A stretch of DNA of 61,243 bases, filler included, from Chthonomonadaceae bacterium (GTDB lineage: Bacteria > Armatimonadota > Chthonomonadetes > Chthonomonadales > Chthonomonadaceae), in assembly GCA_035650735.1 (NCBI GenBank). It is 4 parts of 4 records of this genome, joined end to end, with 100 filler letters (N's around TTAATTAATTAA, not from the genome) between each part and the next. Parts side by side here need not be neighbours in the genome. Positions count along the whole stretch, not along the records: positions 44,605 to 57,545 come from DASRGZ010000144.1; positions 57,646 to 61,243 come from DASRGZ010000151.1; 2 more parts are not named here. One strand, written 5' to 3'. The notes beneath the pieces are model-generated. The model was not told the DNA's origin. It did no database searches and saw nothing but the letters and a program-made list of their open reading frames with translations. Of this stretch, positions 47,897 through 58,593 are shown piece after piece. Position 1 is the first letter of the stretch. Each line of letters begins with the position of its first letter. The translations under genes were made by a program, and so were the position numbers.

Positions 47897-49271
47897 GGCG
47901 ATCTACCTGCGCATGCCCTTTTTCGTGCAGAACGCCCTCTGCAACGTACAGGGCTGGAAGAACGAGCGCCAGCGCTACGGACGCGCCTTCCCCGCCCTGC
48001 TGCGTGAGGCCGAGGAGCGCGTCGGCTGGCCGCAGGAACAGATGATCGCCTTCCGCGACCGGCGCCTGCGCGCCTTTGTGCAGCACTGCGCCCGCACCGT
48101 CCCCTACTATCAGCGGCTCTTTCAAAAACTATGTATTGGACCGGAGGAGATCCGGACCCTGGAGGATTTGCAGCGCCTGCCCATCCTGACCAAGGATGAG
48201 GTCCGCGCGCACAGCCAGGAGCTAATCTCGCAGGCCGTTCCCGAGCGGGAGCGCATCTGGATGCACACCAGCGGCACGACCGGCGGCGGCCTGCGCTTCC
48301 CGACGACCGCCCAATCGCTCCGCGAGGTCTACGCCGCCTGCTGGCGCTACCGCCGCTGGCACGGCCTGGAGCGGGGAACCTGGGGCGCGTTCTTTGCGGG
48401 CCGCTCGCTGGTGCCTCTCACCCAGAGCCAGCCGCCTTTCTGGCGCATCAACGCCGTCGGCAGGCAGATCCTCTTCAGCGGCTACCACATGAGCCCCAAC
48501 AACCTGCCTGCCTATGTGGCGGAGCTTCGTCGGCGGCGCCCGCCCTGGCTGCACGGCTACCCCTCCCTGCTGGCCCTGCTCGCCGCCTACCTGCTCGATA
48601 CCGGGCAAGACCTGGGCTATCCCGTGCGCTGGATTACCCTCGCCTCGGAGAGCCTGCTTCCCCAGCAGGCCGAGCAGATGCGGCTCGCCTTTGGCGTTAC
48701 CCCGCGCCAACACTATCATATGACCGAGTCGGTCGCCCATGCCTCCGAGTGTGAGTATGGCGCGCTGCATGTGGATGAGGACTTTGCCGCCGTGGAGTTC
48801 GTGCCCAACGCTGACGGCGCAAACTTTAAGGTGATCGGCACCAACTTCACCAACCTGGCCTTTCCGCTGCTGCGCTACGAGGTGCAGGATCACGTCACCC
48901 TGGGCGAGGTGGCCTGTCCCTGCGGCCGTCCGGGTCGGATTCTGGCCGACGTGGATGGCCGGCGCGAAGACTATGTTCTCCTCAAGAATGGCGCGCGCCT
49001 GGGCCGCCTGGACCATATCTTCAAGGACATGGTCCACGTCCGGGAAGCCCAGATCGTCCAGCGGCAGCGCGGCCAGATGATCCTGCGCATCGTTCGGGGC
49101 AGCGGGTACACACAGGCCGACGAGGCGCGGTTGCTGGAGGAGACGCGGCGGCGCGTCGGCGCGGATATGGATCTCCTTGTGGAGTATTCCGAAAGCCTGC
49201 CGCGATCCCGTTCCGGAAAGCTGCGCTTCGTCCTCTCCGAAATCCAGGATGGGCAGCTAACCACGTCCTGA
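47883..49271 (+). CDS. Phenylacetate-CoA ligase / CapK-like adenylate-forming protein
   Basis: LPILTK, TSGTTG, GYPS, PLLRYEVQD, CPCGR, GRRED, SGKLR. Confidence 0.88.
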   Translation: MADLEAIYLRMPFFVQNALCNVQGWKNERQRYGRAFPALLREAEERVGWPQEQMIAFRDRRLRAFVQHCARTVPYYQRLFQKLCIGPEEIRTLEDLQRLPILTKDEVRAHSQELISQAVPERERIWMHTSGTTGGGLRFPTTAQSLREVYAACWRYRRWHGLERGTWGAFFAGRSLVPLTQSQPPFWRINAVGRQILFSGYHMSPNNLPAYVAELRRRRPPWLHGYPSLLALLAAYLLDTGQDLGYPVRWITLASESLLPQQAEQMRLAFGVTPRQHYHMTESVAHASECEYGALHVDEDFAAVEFVPNADGANFKVIGTNFTNLAFPLLRYEVQDHVTLGEVACPCGRPGRILADVDGRREDYVLLKNGARLGRLDHIFKDMVHVREAQIVQRQRGQMILRIVRGSGYTQADEARLLEETRRRVGADMDLLVEYSESLPRSRSGKLRFVLSEIQDGQLTTS

Positions 49272-49480
49272 GACTTCCTCTCCCTCCACCTCGCAGCCCG
49301 GCCTCCAGGGGCCGGGCGGGCTTCCCACGCAAATCTGCGGCATTCTCCCGTGTCGGGAACTATTCGGTATTGGCCTGCCGCTTACCTGATCGGTAGCACC
49401 ACAGGAAACGGTGATTCCATCTCGGACACCCGATCTCAAATCACGGTTGAGTGGGTGCTGTCACCCGATCAGGAAAGACG

Positions 49481-51175
49481 ATGGAATTTCCGGCACGCCC
49501 TGCGCCCACCCAGAACGCCCCTCTGCGTTTCGGGGTCATCTGCCCTGGAACCATCCTGTCTGCCTGGCAGGCGCAATGCATTCGCCGCCTGCTCATCGCC
49601 AATGTCGCCCGACCGGCGCTACTGCTCGTACAGAAGAACGCCGGGCCAACTCAGGCAGGCAAAGCCACGGGAAGCACGCAGCCTCCGCGATCGCTGTGGT
49701 CGCTTTACCGGCAGTGTATGCGCGTGCCTGCCGAGCGCCCGGTCAGCCTGGAAGCGGATCTCGCTGGCGTCCCCGCCCTCTGCATTGAGAGCGCGCCGGG
49801 ACTGCGGGTGTCGGAGGCCGTTCTGGAACAGATAGGCGCGCTCCATCTGGATTTCATCCTGCATTTTGGCGTCGGCCTCGTGGAGGAGGCCCTCCTCCGG
49901 GCAGCGCGCTACGGCGTCTGGTTCTATCTGCACGGCCAGGCGCCATCCTTCGGCAGCGCGGCGCCCGGCTACGCCGAAATCTGCGCCGGGGAGCCGGTCA
50001 CGATGGCGAGCCTGCGCCGATGGGTCGCTCCCGAATGCAGCATTGTCCTGAGAGAGGGCTGCTTTAAGGCCCTTCACCATGCGTATGCGCGCGGCCTGAA
50101 CGCACTCCTTGCCGGCAGCGCCTGCTGGCCCGCGCAGGTGTGCACCGATATTCTGAATGGGAATGCAGACTATCTGGAGGACGCCCCTCCTGCGCCCAAT
50201 CCTCCCATCCGCCCGTCTCCCGGCAATCTACAGACGGTGGGCTTTCTGCTCCGGCAGGCAAAGAGCGCAGGGGCCTGGCTCTGGAGTCACTTGCGCCCCG
50301 GGCAGTGGAACATCGGCATCGTGGAGGCGCCCATCCAGGCGTTCCTGACGCCGGGCGCAAAGCCTGCGGTCCGCTGGCTGGCGCCCCCCGCCGCAAGCGA
50401 ATTTGTCGCCGACCCTTTTGCCCTCTATGATGGGAAGAGCCTGTCTCTGCTCTGTGAGCAGTTTCGCTACGCGGCCTCCAGGGGACGGATCGCCTGCGCG
50501 CAGCTGGACCTGGAGGGCCGCGCGTCCGGGCTCACCGCCGCGCTGGAGATGCCGGCGCACATGTCGTACCCGTACCTGCTGGAGCATGACGGGGAGATCT
50601 ATTGCATCCCGGAGACAGCCGAGGCGCGCGAGGTGGCCCTCTACAAAGCGCGGGAACTTCCAACGCAATGGACGCGCGTGGGGACGCTGCTGGCAGACGT
50701 GGCCGCCTGCGACAGCACCGTATTCGCTTACGAGGGCCGCTGGTGGCTGCTGCACACCGACGCCGAAGAAGACCCGAACCTTCAGCTTTATGCCTGGCAC
50801 GCGCCGAGCCTGTTCGGGCCGTGGCAGCCGCACGCGAACAACCCGATCAAGACGGATATCCGTTCGGCGCGGCCTGCCGGGACGCCCTTTTTCCACGAAG
50901 GCCATCTGTATCGCCCCGCTCAGGATGCTTCCGTGCGCTACGGCGGGCGCTTGCGGTTGCAGCGTATCCTGCGCCTGACGCCCACGGAATTCCGGGAGGA
51001 GACGGCGGCCATTATCGCGCCCTATGCCGGCAGCCCCTATTCGCAGGGAATGCATACGCTGGCTGCGGCCGGCCCGATCACGCTGGTGGATGGGGCCTGC
51101 TATCGCTTCAACAAAACCGCGTTCCTAGCAGCCTTGCGCCGCGCTGCCGCGCGCCTGTTGCGCGCTCAGCCCTGA
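49481..51175 (+). CDS. Polysaccharide-cluster protein with formyltransferase-like N-region and five-bladed propeller (GINT1/GH43-like) C-domain
   Basis: RYGVW in the N-region; ADPF, HMSYPYL, YCIPET, PHANNP, ARPAG, RPAQD, GMHT in the C-domain. Confidence 0.72.
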   Translation: MEFPARPAPTQNAPLRFGVICPGTILSAWQAQCIRRLLIANVARPALLLVQKNAGPTQAGKATGSTQPPRSLWSLYRQCMRVPAERPVSLEADLAGVPALCIESAPGLRVSEAVLEQIGALHLDFILHFGVGLVEEALLRAARYGVWFYLHGQAPSFGSAAPGYAEICAGEPVTMASLRRWVAPECSIVLREGCFKALHHAYARGLNALLAGSACWPAQVCTDILNGNADYLEDAPPAPNPPIRPSPGNLQTVGFLLRQAKSAGAWLWSHLRPGQWNIGIVEAPIQAFLTPGAKPAVRWLAPPAASEFVADPFALYDGKSLSLLCEQFRYAASRGRIACAQLDLEGRASGLTAALEMPAHMSYPYLLEHDGEIYCIPETAEAREVALYKARELPTQWTRVGTLLADVAACDSTVFAYEGRWWLLHTDAEEDPNLQLYAWHAPSLFGPWQPHANNPIKTDIRSARPAGTPFFHEGHLYRPAQDASVRYGGRLRLQRILRLTPTEFREETAAIIAPYAGSPYSQGMHTLAAAGPITLVDGACYRFNKTAFLAALRRAAARLLRAQP

Positions 51176-51473
51176 AATGCTGCCATCCAAACCGGTGTGC
51201 CCTCGTTTCTGGAGGCTTGACATGCGGGCGCCTGTCGCCCCATAGCAACACGCTTAACTCTCTACCCTTGATCGGCACCACCACAGCACGACCCTTTGCC
51301 GTCCAACGCCCACGACCGAACGACCCACCTTCGGCCCACCAATAAATCGCCCCGACCCAGCTATACGGTAGACATCCTCCGTCGTGTGGCGGTATTTCCT
51401 TGCTGCCTGGCTTCTTGGGAGGCGCCCACACAGGGCGGAGGGATTACCGGCCACGCATAATCACTTAACGCAA

Positions 51474-52553
51474 ATGGAAAAGGCCCTGGAACGTGTCACT
51501 CTGGTCGGGGGCTACCCACCGCCCTATGGAGGCGTGACAACCCATATGGAACGGCTGGCCCACAAGCTGATCGCCGATGGCTGCCGTGTTGCCGTCATCA
51601 ATCCGTATAACCTCGGCGTCGCCGTCTCCTCCGGGTGCGTCCCGCCCCGTCTGCTCCTGTCCCGGCCCGCCTCACGCCTGCGCGGCCTCTGGCAATTGAT
51701 GCGCGCCCTCGTCCGGGAATCGCGTGGCGCCGTCGTCCACTTCCATATGGTGGAGGGAGATCGCTTCTATCGCTGTGCGCCCCTCTTCCTCGCCCTGACG
51801 CGCCGGGCCTGCAAGCGGGTGCTGACCATTCATAGCGGCGGGTGGGCCCGGGCGTTTTTCAAGCTCGGTCCCCTACAGAGGCGGCTCGCCGTGCACAGCT
51901 TGCGCGCCTTTGATGACATCATCTGCGTCAATGCCAGCCAGCAGCGCATCCTGGAGCCTCTGGTTTACGGTCGGGTGCATGTTATCCCGGCCTTTCTGCC
52001 CCCCTGCCCCACTCTGGAGCCATTGCCGGAGCCCCTTCTCGCTTTCCTCGACAGCCTGGACCATCTCTTTGTCACTTCGGGATGCGGCGAAGCCCTCTAC
52101 GACTACGAGACGATAAGGTACGGCCTGGAGTTGGTCCGAGGCCGGATACCCGCGCGGATCGGGCTGGTGGTCGCCACGTACTCTTATTGGGACCCCGGCT
52201 ACTGGCCTTCGATGGCCGCGCGCCTCCAATCAAGCGGCGTAGCCACCTGCATCACGCGCGGGCTGACGCCTCCGCAGTTTCTGGCGCTGCTCTCCCAGGC
52301 CCGTATGTATCTGCGCGCCAGCCTGACCGACGGCGACTCCGTAGCGATCCGGGAGGCGGCCCTGATGGGCGTTCAGGTGCTGGCGACCGACGCCGTGCCG
52401 CGTCCGCCCGGCACGGCGCTCTTCCCCGCAGGAGATGCCTGCAAGCTCGCCGAAACGATTCTGGAAGCGCTGGCCAACCAGGAGATCGGGCGGCTGCCTG
52501 CCGAATCTTATTGCGATACCTACGCGGCGCTCCTGAAGGTCTACCGGGACTAA
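51474..52553 (+). CDS. Glycosyltransferase, GT4-like
   Basis: GGYPPPYGGVTTH, TIHSG, DGDSVAIREA. Confidence 0.8.
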   Translation: MEKALERVTLVGGYPPPYGGVTTHMERLAHKLIADGCRVAVINPYNLGVAVSSGCVPPRLLLSRPASRLRGLWQLMRALVRESRGAVVHFHMVEGDRFYRCAPLFLALTRRACKRVLTIHSGGWARAFFKLGPLQRRLAVHSLRAFDDIICVNASQQRILEPLVYGRVHVIPAFLPPCPTLEPLPEPLLAFLDSLDHLFVTSGCGEALYDYETIRYGLELVRGRIPARIGLVVATYSYWDPGYWPSMAARLQSSGVATCITRGLTPPQFLALLSQARMYLRASLTDGDSVAIREAALMGVQVLATDAVPRPPGTALFPAGDACKLAETILEALANQEIGRLPAESYCDTYAALLKVYRD

Positions 52554-52651
52554 AGCCATAATAACTCAACTGATCTTACACACCCGGGCTTCTCCGGGCC
52601 ATAAATGACTCGTTCCTGGAAAATAGTGCCTTTGACCGGCCCAAACGACCA

Positions 52652-54298
52652 ATGCAGCTCTCTCGCTATCTTTACACGGTCCGTTACCTACGCCCGATTC
52701 AGATTTATGGGCGGCTCTGGTTTCGACTTCATAAGCCGCGTCCGGATATGCGCCCCGCGCCGCCCCTCCGCCCGCAACAGGGCCGATGGACGCAGCCCGC
52801 GCGCCGCGAGCCCTCCCTGCTCGGGCCGCAGACCTTCCTTTTCCTCAACCGAAAGCAGGAACTGACATTCCCGGCAGGCTGGGACGACAGCGCACTCGAA
52901 AAGCTCTGGCTCTATAACCTCCACTACTTTGACGACCTTAACGCCCGTGAAGCCGAGCGGCGCGCGGACTGGCACCGGGCGCTCCTCGCGCGCTGGATTG
53001 CCGACAGCCCACCCGGACAGGGCACGGGCTGGGAGCCTTACCCGCTCTCCCTGCGGCTGGTCAACTGGATCAAGTGGGCGCTTGGCGGCCATGCCCTGCC
53101 GGAAGAGGCCCTGCACAGCCTGGCGGTTCAGGCGCGCTACCTGCACGGGCGCCTGGAGTGGCATCTGCTTGGCAACCACCTGTTCGAGAACATCAAGGCC
53201 CTGATCGCCGCCGGGCTGTTCTTCGCCGGCCCGGAGGCGGAACGGTGGCTGGCGCTGGGACTGCGGCTGCTGGATCAGGAGCTGCACGAACAGATTCTTC
53301 CCGACGGTGGACACTTCGAGCGCAGCCCGATGTACCACAGTATTCTCACCGAGGATCTGCTTGATCTGATCAATCTGACTGCCGTCTACCCGGAGGCCTT
53401 TGCCGCAGATCGAGCCGCCCTCCCCGGCCTTTGGATGGATACGGTCCAAAGGATGCGGCGCTGGCTGAAAACGATGTGCCATCCCGACGGCCAGATCGCC
53501 TTTTTCAATGACGCCGCCTGGGACATCGCCCCGGCGCCCGCCGAGATGGACGCCTATGCCGGGCGCCTGGGCCTTCCCTCCGTGGCCGCACCGGAGGATG
53601 GCCTTACCCATCTGCAACAGAGCGGCTATATCCGCATGCAGTGCGGCCCGGCGGTCGCGCTGCTCGATGTCGGACCGGTCGGCCCCGACTACCTTCCCGG
53701 CCACGCCCACGCGGATACCCTCTCCTTCGAGCTGTCGCTCTACGGGGCGCGCGTCCTTGTCAACGCCGGCACGTCCACCTATGTCAGCGGGCCGCAACGC
53801 CAGTGGGAGCGCTCGACGGCGGCGCACAACACGGTCACTGTGGACGGCCAGGACTCCTCGGAGGTCTGGGGCGGGTTCCGCGTGGCGCGGCGAGCGCGCC
53901 CGGCTGCGCTCTGCCTATCGGCCCCCAATGAAAGGCCACTCCAGGTCAGCGCCGCGCACGACGGGTATCTGCGCCTGCCGGGCCGCGTGCTGCACCGCCG
54001 CTCCTGGAGCCTTACCGCTCGCTCTCTGGAGATCCGCGATACCCTGGAAGGCCGATTCTCCGCCGCCGTGGCCCGCTTCCATCTCCACCCGTGTCTGGTA
54101 CCGCAGCAAACCGCGGCTTCGCCGGAAGGCATCCGCTTTCTGTTTTCGGGCCACACGCTTATCTGGCGTCCGCAGGGCGTCGCCGCCTCCCTCGAACAGA
54201 GCGCCTTCCATCCCGGGTTCGGACTCTCGCAGCCCACAATCTGCCTGACCGCGCGCTTTCAGGAAGCTATGGCGGCAAGCCTGTTCACCTGGGAATAG
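52652..54298 (+). CDS. Heparinase II/III family protein of polysaccharide loci
   Basis: KLWLYNLHYFD, LLGNHLFEN, EQILPDGGHFERSPMYH, GHAHAD, RSTAAHNTV. Confidence 0.92.
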   Translation: MQLSRYLYTVRYLRPIQIYGRLWFRLHKPRPDMRPAPPLRPQQGRWTQPARREPSLLGPQTFLFLNRKQELTFPAGWDDSALEKLWLYNLHYFDDLNAREAERRADWHRALLARWIADSPPGQGTGWEPYPLSLRLVNWIKWALGGHALPEEALHSLAVQARYLHGRLEWHLLGNHLFENIKALIAAGLFFAGPEAERWLALGLRLLDQELHEQILPDGGHFERSPMYHSILTEDLLDLINLTAVYPEAFAADRAALPGLWMDTVQRMRRWLKTMCHPDGQIAFFNDAAWDIAPAPAEMDAYAGRLGLPSVAAPEDGLTHLQQSGYIRMQCGPAVALLDVGPVGPDYLPGHAHADTLSFELSLYGARVLVNAGTSTYVSGPQRQWERSTAAHNTVTVDGQDSSEVWGGFRVARRARPAALCLSAPNERPLQVSAAHDGYLRLPGRVLHRRSWSLTARSLEIRDTLEGRFSAAVARFHLHPCLVPQQTAASPEGIRFLFSGHTLIWRPQGVAASLEQSAFHPGFGLSQPTICLTARFQEAMAASLFTWE

Positions 54299-54392
54299 GC
54301 CGCTCCCATCCTCCGCCACCCGAACCCGTAAAAAATACCAGTTCCCGTTTCCGGCAACGCAGACGACGAAAAATTGTCACGTCCGCAAGGCA

Positions 54393-54413
54393 TCTGGCAT
54401 GAAAAATGCCAGA
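54393..54413. promoter_or_regulatory. Palindromic sigma54-like or operator site
   Basis: TCTGGCAT-GAAAA-ATGCCAGA: perfect 8-bp inverted repeat with GG-N10-GC spacing. Confidence 0.4.
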
Positions 54414-54592
54414 GTGCTATACGTAACCTGGGCCGGGAGGACATTCCCACTCGTCTCGCCTGCTCCTTTCCGCCTATCGCCTATCGGCGGTGCCGCAGTT
54501 TCTCCAGCGGATGGCGCCACTGGCAGCGAAAGCCGAAGCCTACCCGTTCGTTGTTTTCGCCCAGGAACGACCCAAAACGCTGAGGCACCTTT

Positions 54593-56026
54593 ATGCGGAT
54601 TCTTTTCTTCTCAGATAATTTCAGGCCGGAGCCCTGTCCACCGGCCGCCCATGTCTACGAGCGCGCCAAACTCTGGGCCAGTTGGGGGCATGAGGTCACT
54701 GTCATCACGACGGCCCCCAACTTCCCGGAAGGCAAAGTCTTCCCTGGCTACACGAACCGCTGGCGGTTCGTGGAGAATATGGACGGCATCCGTGTCGTCC
54801 GCGTCAAAACCTTCATCGCACGCAACGAGGGCTTTCTGCTGCGCAGTCTGGACTACATGTCCTTTGTTCTGCCCGCGCTCTGCTGCGCTCTCCTGGAAGC
54901 CAGGCCCGATATCGTTATCTCCACCTCCCCGCAGCTCTTTACGCCGGTGGCCGGCGTGCTCTATTCCAAACTGCGGCGCGTGCCCCACGTCTTTGAGCTG
55001 CGCGACCTCTGGCCGGCCTCCATTCTCGCCACCAGTTCCATGCAGCCTGGGCGGCTCTATCGCCTGCTGGAACGTCTGGAGATGGCGCTCTACCGGCACT
55101 CGACCCGCATCCTCTCCATCACCAACTCCTTTGTCAAGGACCTGACCGCGCGCGGCATCTCCGCCGACAAGATCGATGTGGTCCTCAACGGCACCAACCT
55201 GGACCTGTTCTCCCCCCGTCCCAAAGACGAAGAGATCGAGACGCGCTATGGCCTCAAGGATCGATTCGTTATCGGATACCTGGGCACGCTGGGACTGGCG
55301 CACGGCCTGGAAAACGTCCTCCACACCGCGCAACTGCTGCGAGATCTGCCCGTGTCGTTCCTGTTTGTCGGCGTCGGCGCCGCGAAGGAGAAGCTACAGG
55401 CGCGCGCCCGCGAACTGGAACTACAAAACGTCGTCTTCGTGCCTCGCCAGTTGAAAGAGGACATGCCCCGTTTCTGGAGCGTCTGCGACGCCTCGCTGGT
55501 GCATCTGCGCAATGCCGAGCTTTTTAAAACGGTCATTCCCTCGAAGATATTCGAGTCCATGGCGATGGGCCTGCCGATCCTCTTTGTCGGGCCCCGGGGC
55601 GAAGGGGCCGAGGTCGTTGAGCGCCATCGCGCCGGGCTGATCGTTACGCCGGAAGACCCGCAGGCCCTGGCCGGGGCGATCCGCACCCTGCTGGGCAATC
55701 CCAAGCTACAGGAGTCGCTGGCCGATAACGCCTTGACTGCCGCCCCCGGCTATTCCCGCAAACGCCATGCGGAGGGAACGCTGGAAGTGCTGACCAGGGC
55801 GCTACAGGCCTATCTTGGCCGGAAACGACGGCGGGAACCGGATGCGGCGCTCCCACCATTGACAGAAGCGGTCGTAGATTCCAGGCTGGTGACGCTGCCG
55901 CGAGAGCAGCGTCCCTGGCCGGATGCGATTACTCTCATCTATGCGCGCGACCCCCGACCGGACGGAACACGGGAAACCCTGGAAACGGCCCTCAGTATGC
56001 CGGACAGCGACAAAGAGCGAATCTGA
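54593..56026 (+). CDS. Glycosyltransferase family 4 (WbuB-like)
   Basis: GHEVTVITTAPNFPEG, FELRDLWPAS, YLGTLGLAHGL, PSKIFESMAMGLPI. Confidence 0.9.
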   Translation: MRILFFSDNFRPEPCPPAAHVYERAKLWASWGHEVTVITTAPNFPEGKVFPGYTNRWRFVENMDGIRVVRVKTFIARNEGFLLRSLDYMSFVLPALCCALLEARPDIVISTSPQLFTPVAGVLYSKLRRVPHVFELRDLWPASILATSSMQPGRLYRLLERLEMALYRHSTRILSITNSFVKDLTARGISADKIDVVLNGTNLDLFSPRPKDEEIETRYGLKDRFVIGYLGTLGLAHGLENVLHTAQLLRDLPVSFLFVGVGAAKEKLQARARELELQNVVFVPRQLKEDMPRFWSVCDASLVHLRNAELFKTVIPSKIFESMAMGLPILFVGPRGEGAEVVERHRAGLIVTPEDPQALAGAIRTLLGNPKLQESLADNALTAAPGYSRKRHAEGTLEVLTRALQAYLGRKRRREPDAALPPLTEAVVDSRLVTLPREQRPWPDAITLIYARDPRPDGTRETLETALSMPDSDKERI

Positions 56027-56437
56027 ACGTGAAGCGCTGCCCTTGCCATGCGCGTTGCGTTCCCTGCCTTGCCGGCCGCAGCCTCCATCCCGTGAAAGCC
56101 TTCTGCTTTGCCCAGCAGCCAGCCACATCAGCGCAAACGGAAACTCCAGACCCCTGCCTGGAGTTTCCGTTTGCCGCTTGCCGACCCCTCAGTAGCGATA
56201 ACCGCAGAGCCAATCGAGGAAATCCTTCTCGCCTGTCGAAACAGATGGCATACTTTTTGTTAATGTAGTGTTGGCCCTGCATAAGGGTACGGCGAGCCAC
56301 ATCTTACCATGGTTTCGCCGTATATAACCCTATTTCTGGTAGAACTGCACGCAGCGGTGATTCTCAGGAACGCTTGAATCGGTTTTCACGCTTAATGCAG
56401 TACTGCCTTATTTACTCGAGCGGAGGTTGGCAAGATT

Positions 56438-57545
56438 ATGAAATTAACCTGCGTGGTGGGCGCGCGCCCCAACTTTATGAAGGTAGCCCCCATCCTGGCC
56501 GCCGCCAACCAACGGCCCCACCTAAACTGCCGCCTGGTCCATACCGGGCAACACTACGACCAGCGCATGTCCACGCTCTTCTTTACCGAACTCGGACTCC
56601 CAGAGCCCGATGTCTACCTGGGCGTCGGCTCCGGCAACCCGGCCGCCCAGACCGCCCGCATCATGCTCGCCTTCGACCAGGCCCTCGATACCCATCCGGC
56701 CGACCTGGTCCTGGTCGTCGGCGATGTCACCTCCACCCTGGCCTGTGCCCTGACCGCCCTCAAGCGCGGCCTGCCCCTGGCCCACGTCGAGGCCGGCCTC
56801 AGGAGCGGGGACCGAACCATGCCCGAAGAGATCAACCGCATCCTGACCGACCAGATGGCCGACTACCTCTTGATTACCGAGCGCAGCGCCCAAGAGAACC
56901 TGCTGCGGGAAGGCATTGCCCAGGAGCGCATCCACTTTGTCGGCAACGTCATGATCGATACCCTGCTGCGCCATCGGGAGCAGGCCCGAAAGAGCGATAT
57001 TCTCTCTCGCTTGGGGCTTTCGCCGGGGGCCTATGCCGTCTGCACGCTGCACCGTCCCAGCAACGTGGACACGCTTTCGGCCGCGGAGAACACCCTGCAA
57101 GCCCTGGAGGTGCTGGCAGAGCGGCTGCCGGTGGTGCTGCCGCTGCACCCGCGCACGCAAAGCAAGCTGGAGAGGTTCGGTCTGTTGGAGCGTCTGCTGG
57201 GCTTTCCCCGGCTTTGTGTGACCGAGCCGTTGGGGTACCTGGAGTTTCTGGCCCTGCTGGATCAGGCGCAGTTGGTCTTTACCGATTCGGGGGGCATTCA
57301 GGAGGAGACGACGGTGCTGGGGGTTCCGTGCCTGACGTTTCGGGAGAACACGGAGCGTCCGGTGACGATCACGGAGGGAACCAACCGGTTAGTGGGTCGG
57401 GATCCGTGCGCGGTGGCAGCGGCGGTGGAGGCCGTGTTGGAGGGCAAGCATCCAGGGGGACGGATCCCGGAGTTGTGGGATGGGCAGGCGGCCGAGCGGA
57501 TACTAGATGTTCTGGAGAGGCATGCCAGCGTCCCCGCGTCGGCTT
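56438..57545 (+). CDS. wecB: UDP-N-acetylglucosamine 2-epimerase (non-hydrolysing), stop codon lost at contig end
   Basis: GARPNFMK, HTGQHYD, HVEAGLRS, PEEINR, TDSGGIQEE, RENTERP. Confidence 0.95.
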
Positions 57546-57645
57546 NNNNNNNNNNNNNNNNNNNNNNNNNNNNNNNNNNNNNNNNNNNNTTAATTAATTA
57601 ANNNNNNNNNNNNNNNNNNNNNNNNNNNNNNNNNNNNNNNNNNNN
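57546..57645. other. Artificial contig linker
   Basis: N-run, TTAATTAATTAA, N-run. Confidence 0.98.
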
Positions 57646-57881
57646 GACGGGGGTTTTCACCCCCCGGCGTGCCGGGGCGGCTATGCCTGCGGACGGAACC
57701 ACCTGCCTATCGGGAGGTTGCTGCCTTCGTAGGGCAGGCAGACCTTGCCACAAGGGGGCGTCCGCCAGGACGCTTGGTCGTAGGCCGACCTGGAAGCCGT
57801 CATCACCTTGCAGCTTATCCGGGGGCGTCCGCCAGGACGCCTGGCCGTAGGCCCTAGAGCCGGGTACTTTCAGTGCCCGGC
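57646..57881. repeat. Repeat region of the 31401/37279 family, reverse orientation, with an internal duplication
   Basis: GGGGGCGTCCGCCAGGACGC(T/C)TGG twice; ends in GCCGGGTACTTTCAGTGCCCGGC. Confidence 0.75.
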
Positions 57882-57930
57882 GAGGAACGGACCGGGCGCA
57901 GCGCAGAAGCGCAGAGGAAAAGAGAACGCC

Positions 57931-58593
57931 ATGAATCCCGAAAGCAGGCCCTTTGAATTAGGGAAGAACCGCATCGAGGCGCTGAGCGATGGCCTGTTCG
58001 CCATCGCCATGACTCTGCTCGTTCTGGAACTGAAGGTACCGGAACTGCCGCATAACTCACCGAATGTAATCGTTTTCCCGGCCCTGATGAAGCTGGTGCC
58101 CAAGCTGGGCACCTATGCCGTCAGCTTTATTAGCCTGGGTGTCTTCTGGGTCGGGCATCACAACATGTACCATGCGATCCGGCGCGCGGACCGCGTGCTG
58201 CTCTGGCTCAACATTCTCTTCTTTATGTTTGTCTCGCTGCTGCCCTTTGCGACCAGCGTGCTCAATGCCTTCCCGATGGCCCAGATAGTGACGGTCGTGT
58301 TCGGGCTGAACCTGACCCTCATCGGCTGGACGCTCTACCTGCAATGGGTCTATGCGTGCACACAGCCGGATATGCTTGCAGAGTTCATCACTCCGGCCTA
58401 CCGCGACCTGGTGCGGTCGCGCTTCCTTACCTATCCGGTAGTGGCGACGCTGACGATACTCATCTGTTTCTGGAGCATCGAGATCAGCCTGGGCATCTAT
58501 CTGTTGCTGCTGCCGCTCTATATGATTCCCGGCAAGATTAATCAACCCGGCGTTCCAGGTCTGGAAGCTGTCGGTCGGGAAAATGGACTATAA
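57931..58593 (+). CDS. TMEM175 family potassium channel
   Basis: RIEALSDGLFAIAMTLLVLEL, FWVGHH, LLWLN...LLPFAT. Confidence 0.92.
   Translation: MNPESRPFELGKNRIEALSDGLFAIAMTLLVLELKVPELPHNSPNVIVFPALMKLVPKLGTYAVSFISLGVFWVGHHNMYHAIRRADRVLLWLNILFFMFVSLLPFATSVLNAFPMAQIVTVVFGLNLTLIGWTLYLQWVYACTQPDMLAEFITPAYRDLVRSRFLTYPVVATLTILICFWSIEISLGIYLLLLPLYMIPGKINQPGVPGLEAVGRENGL

Noticed and set aside
51273..51288. Further sigma54-like spacing CGGCAC-N5-CAGCA
   Set aside because: Poor -12 match; likely chance in GC-rich DNA
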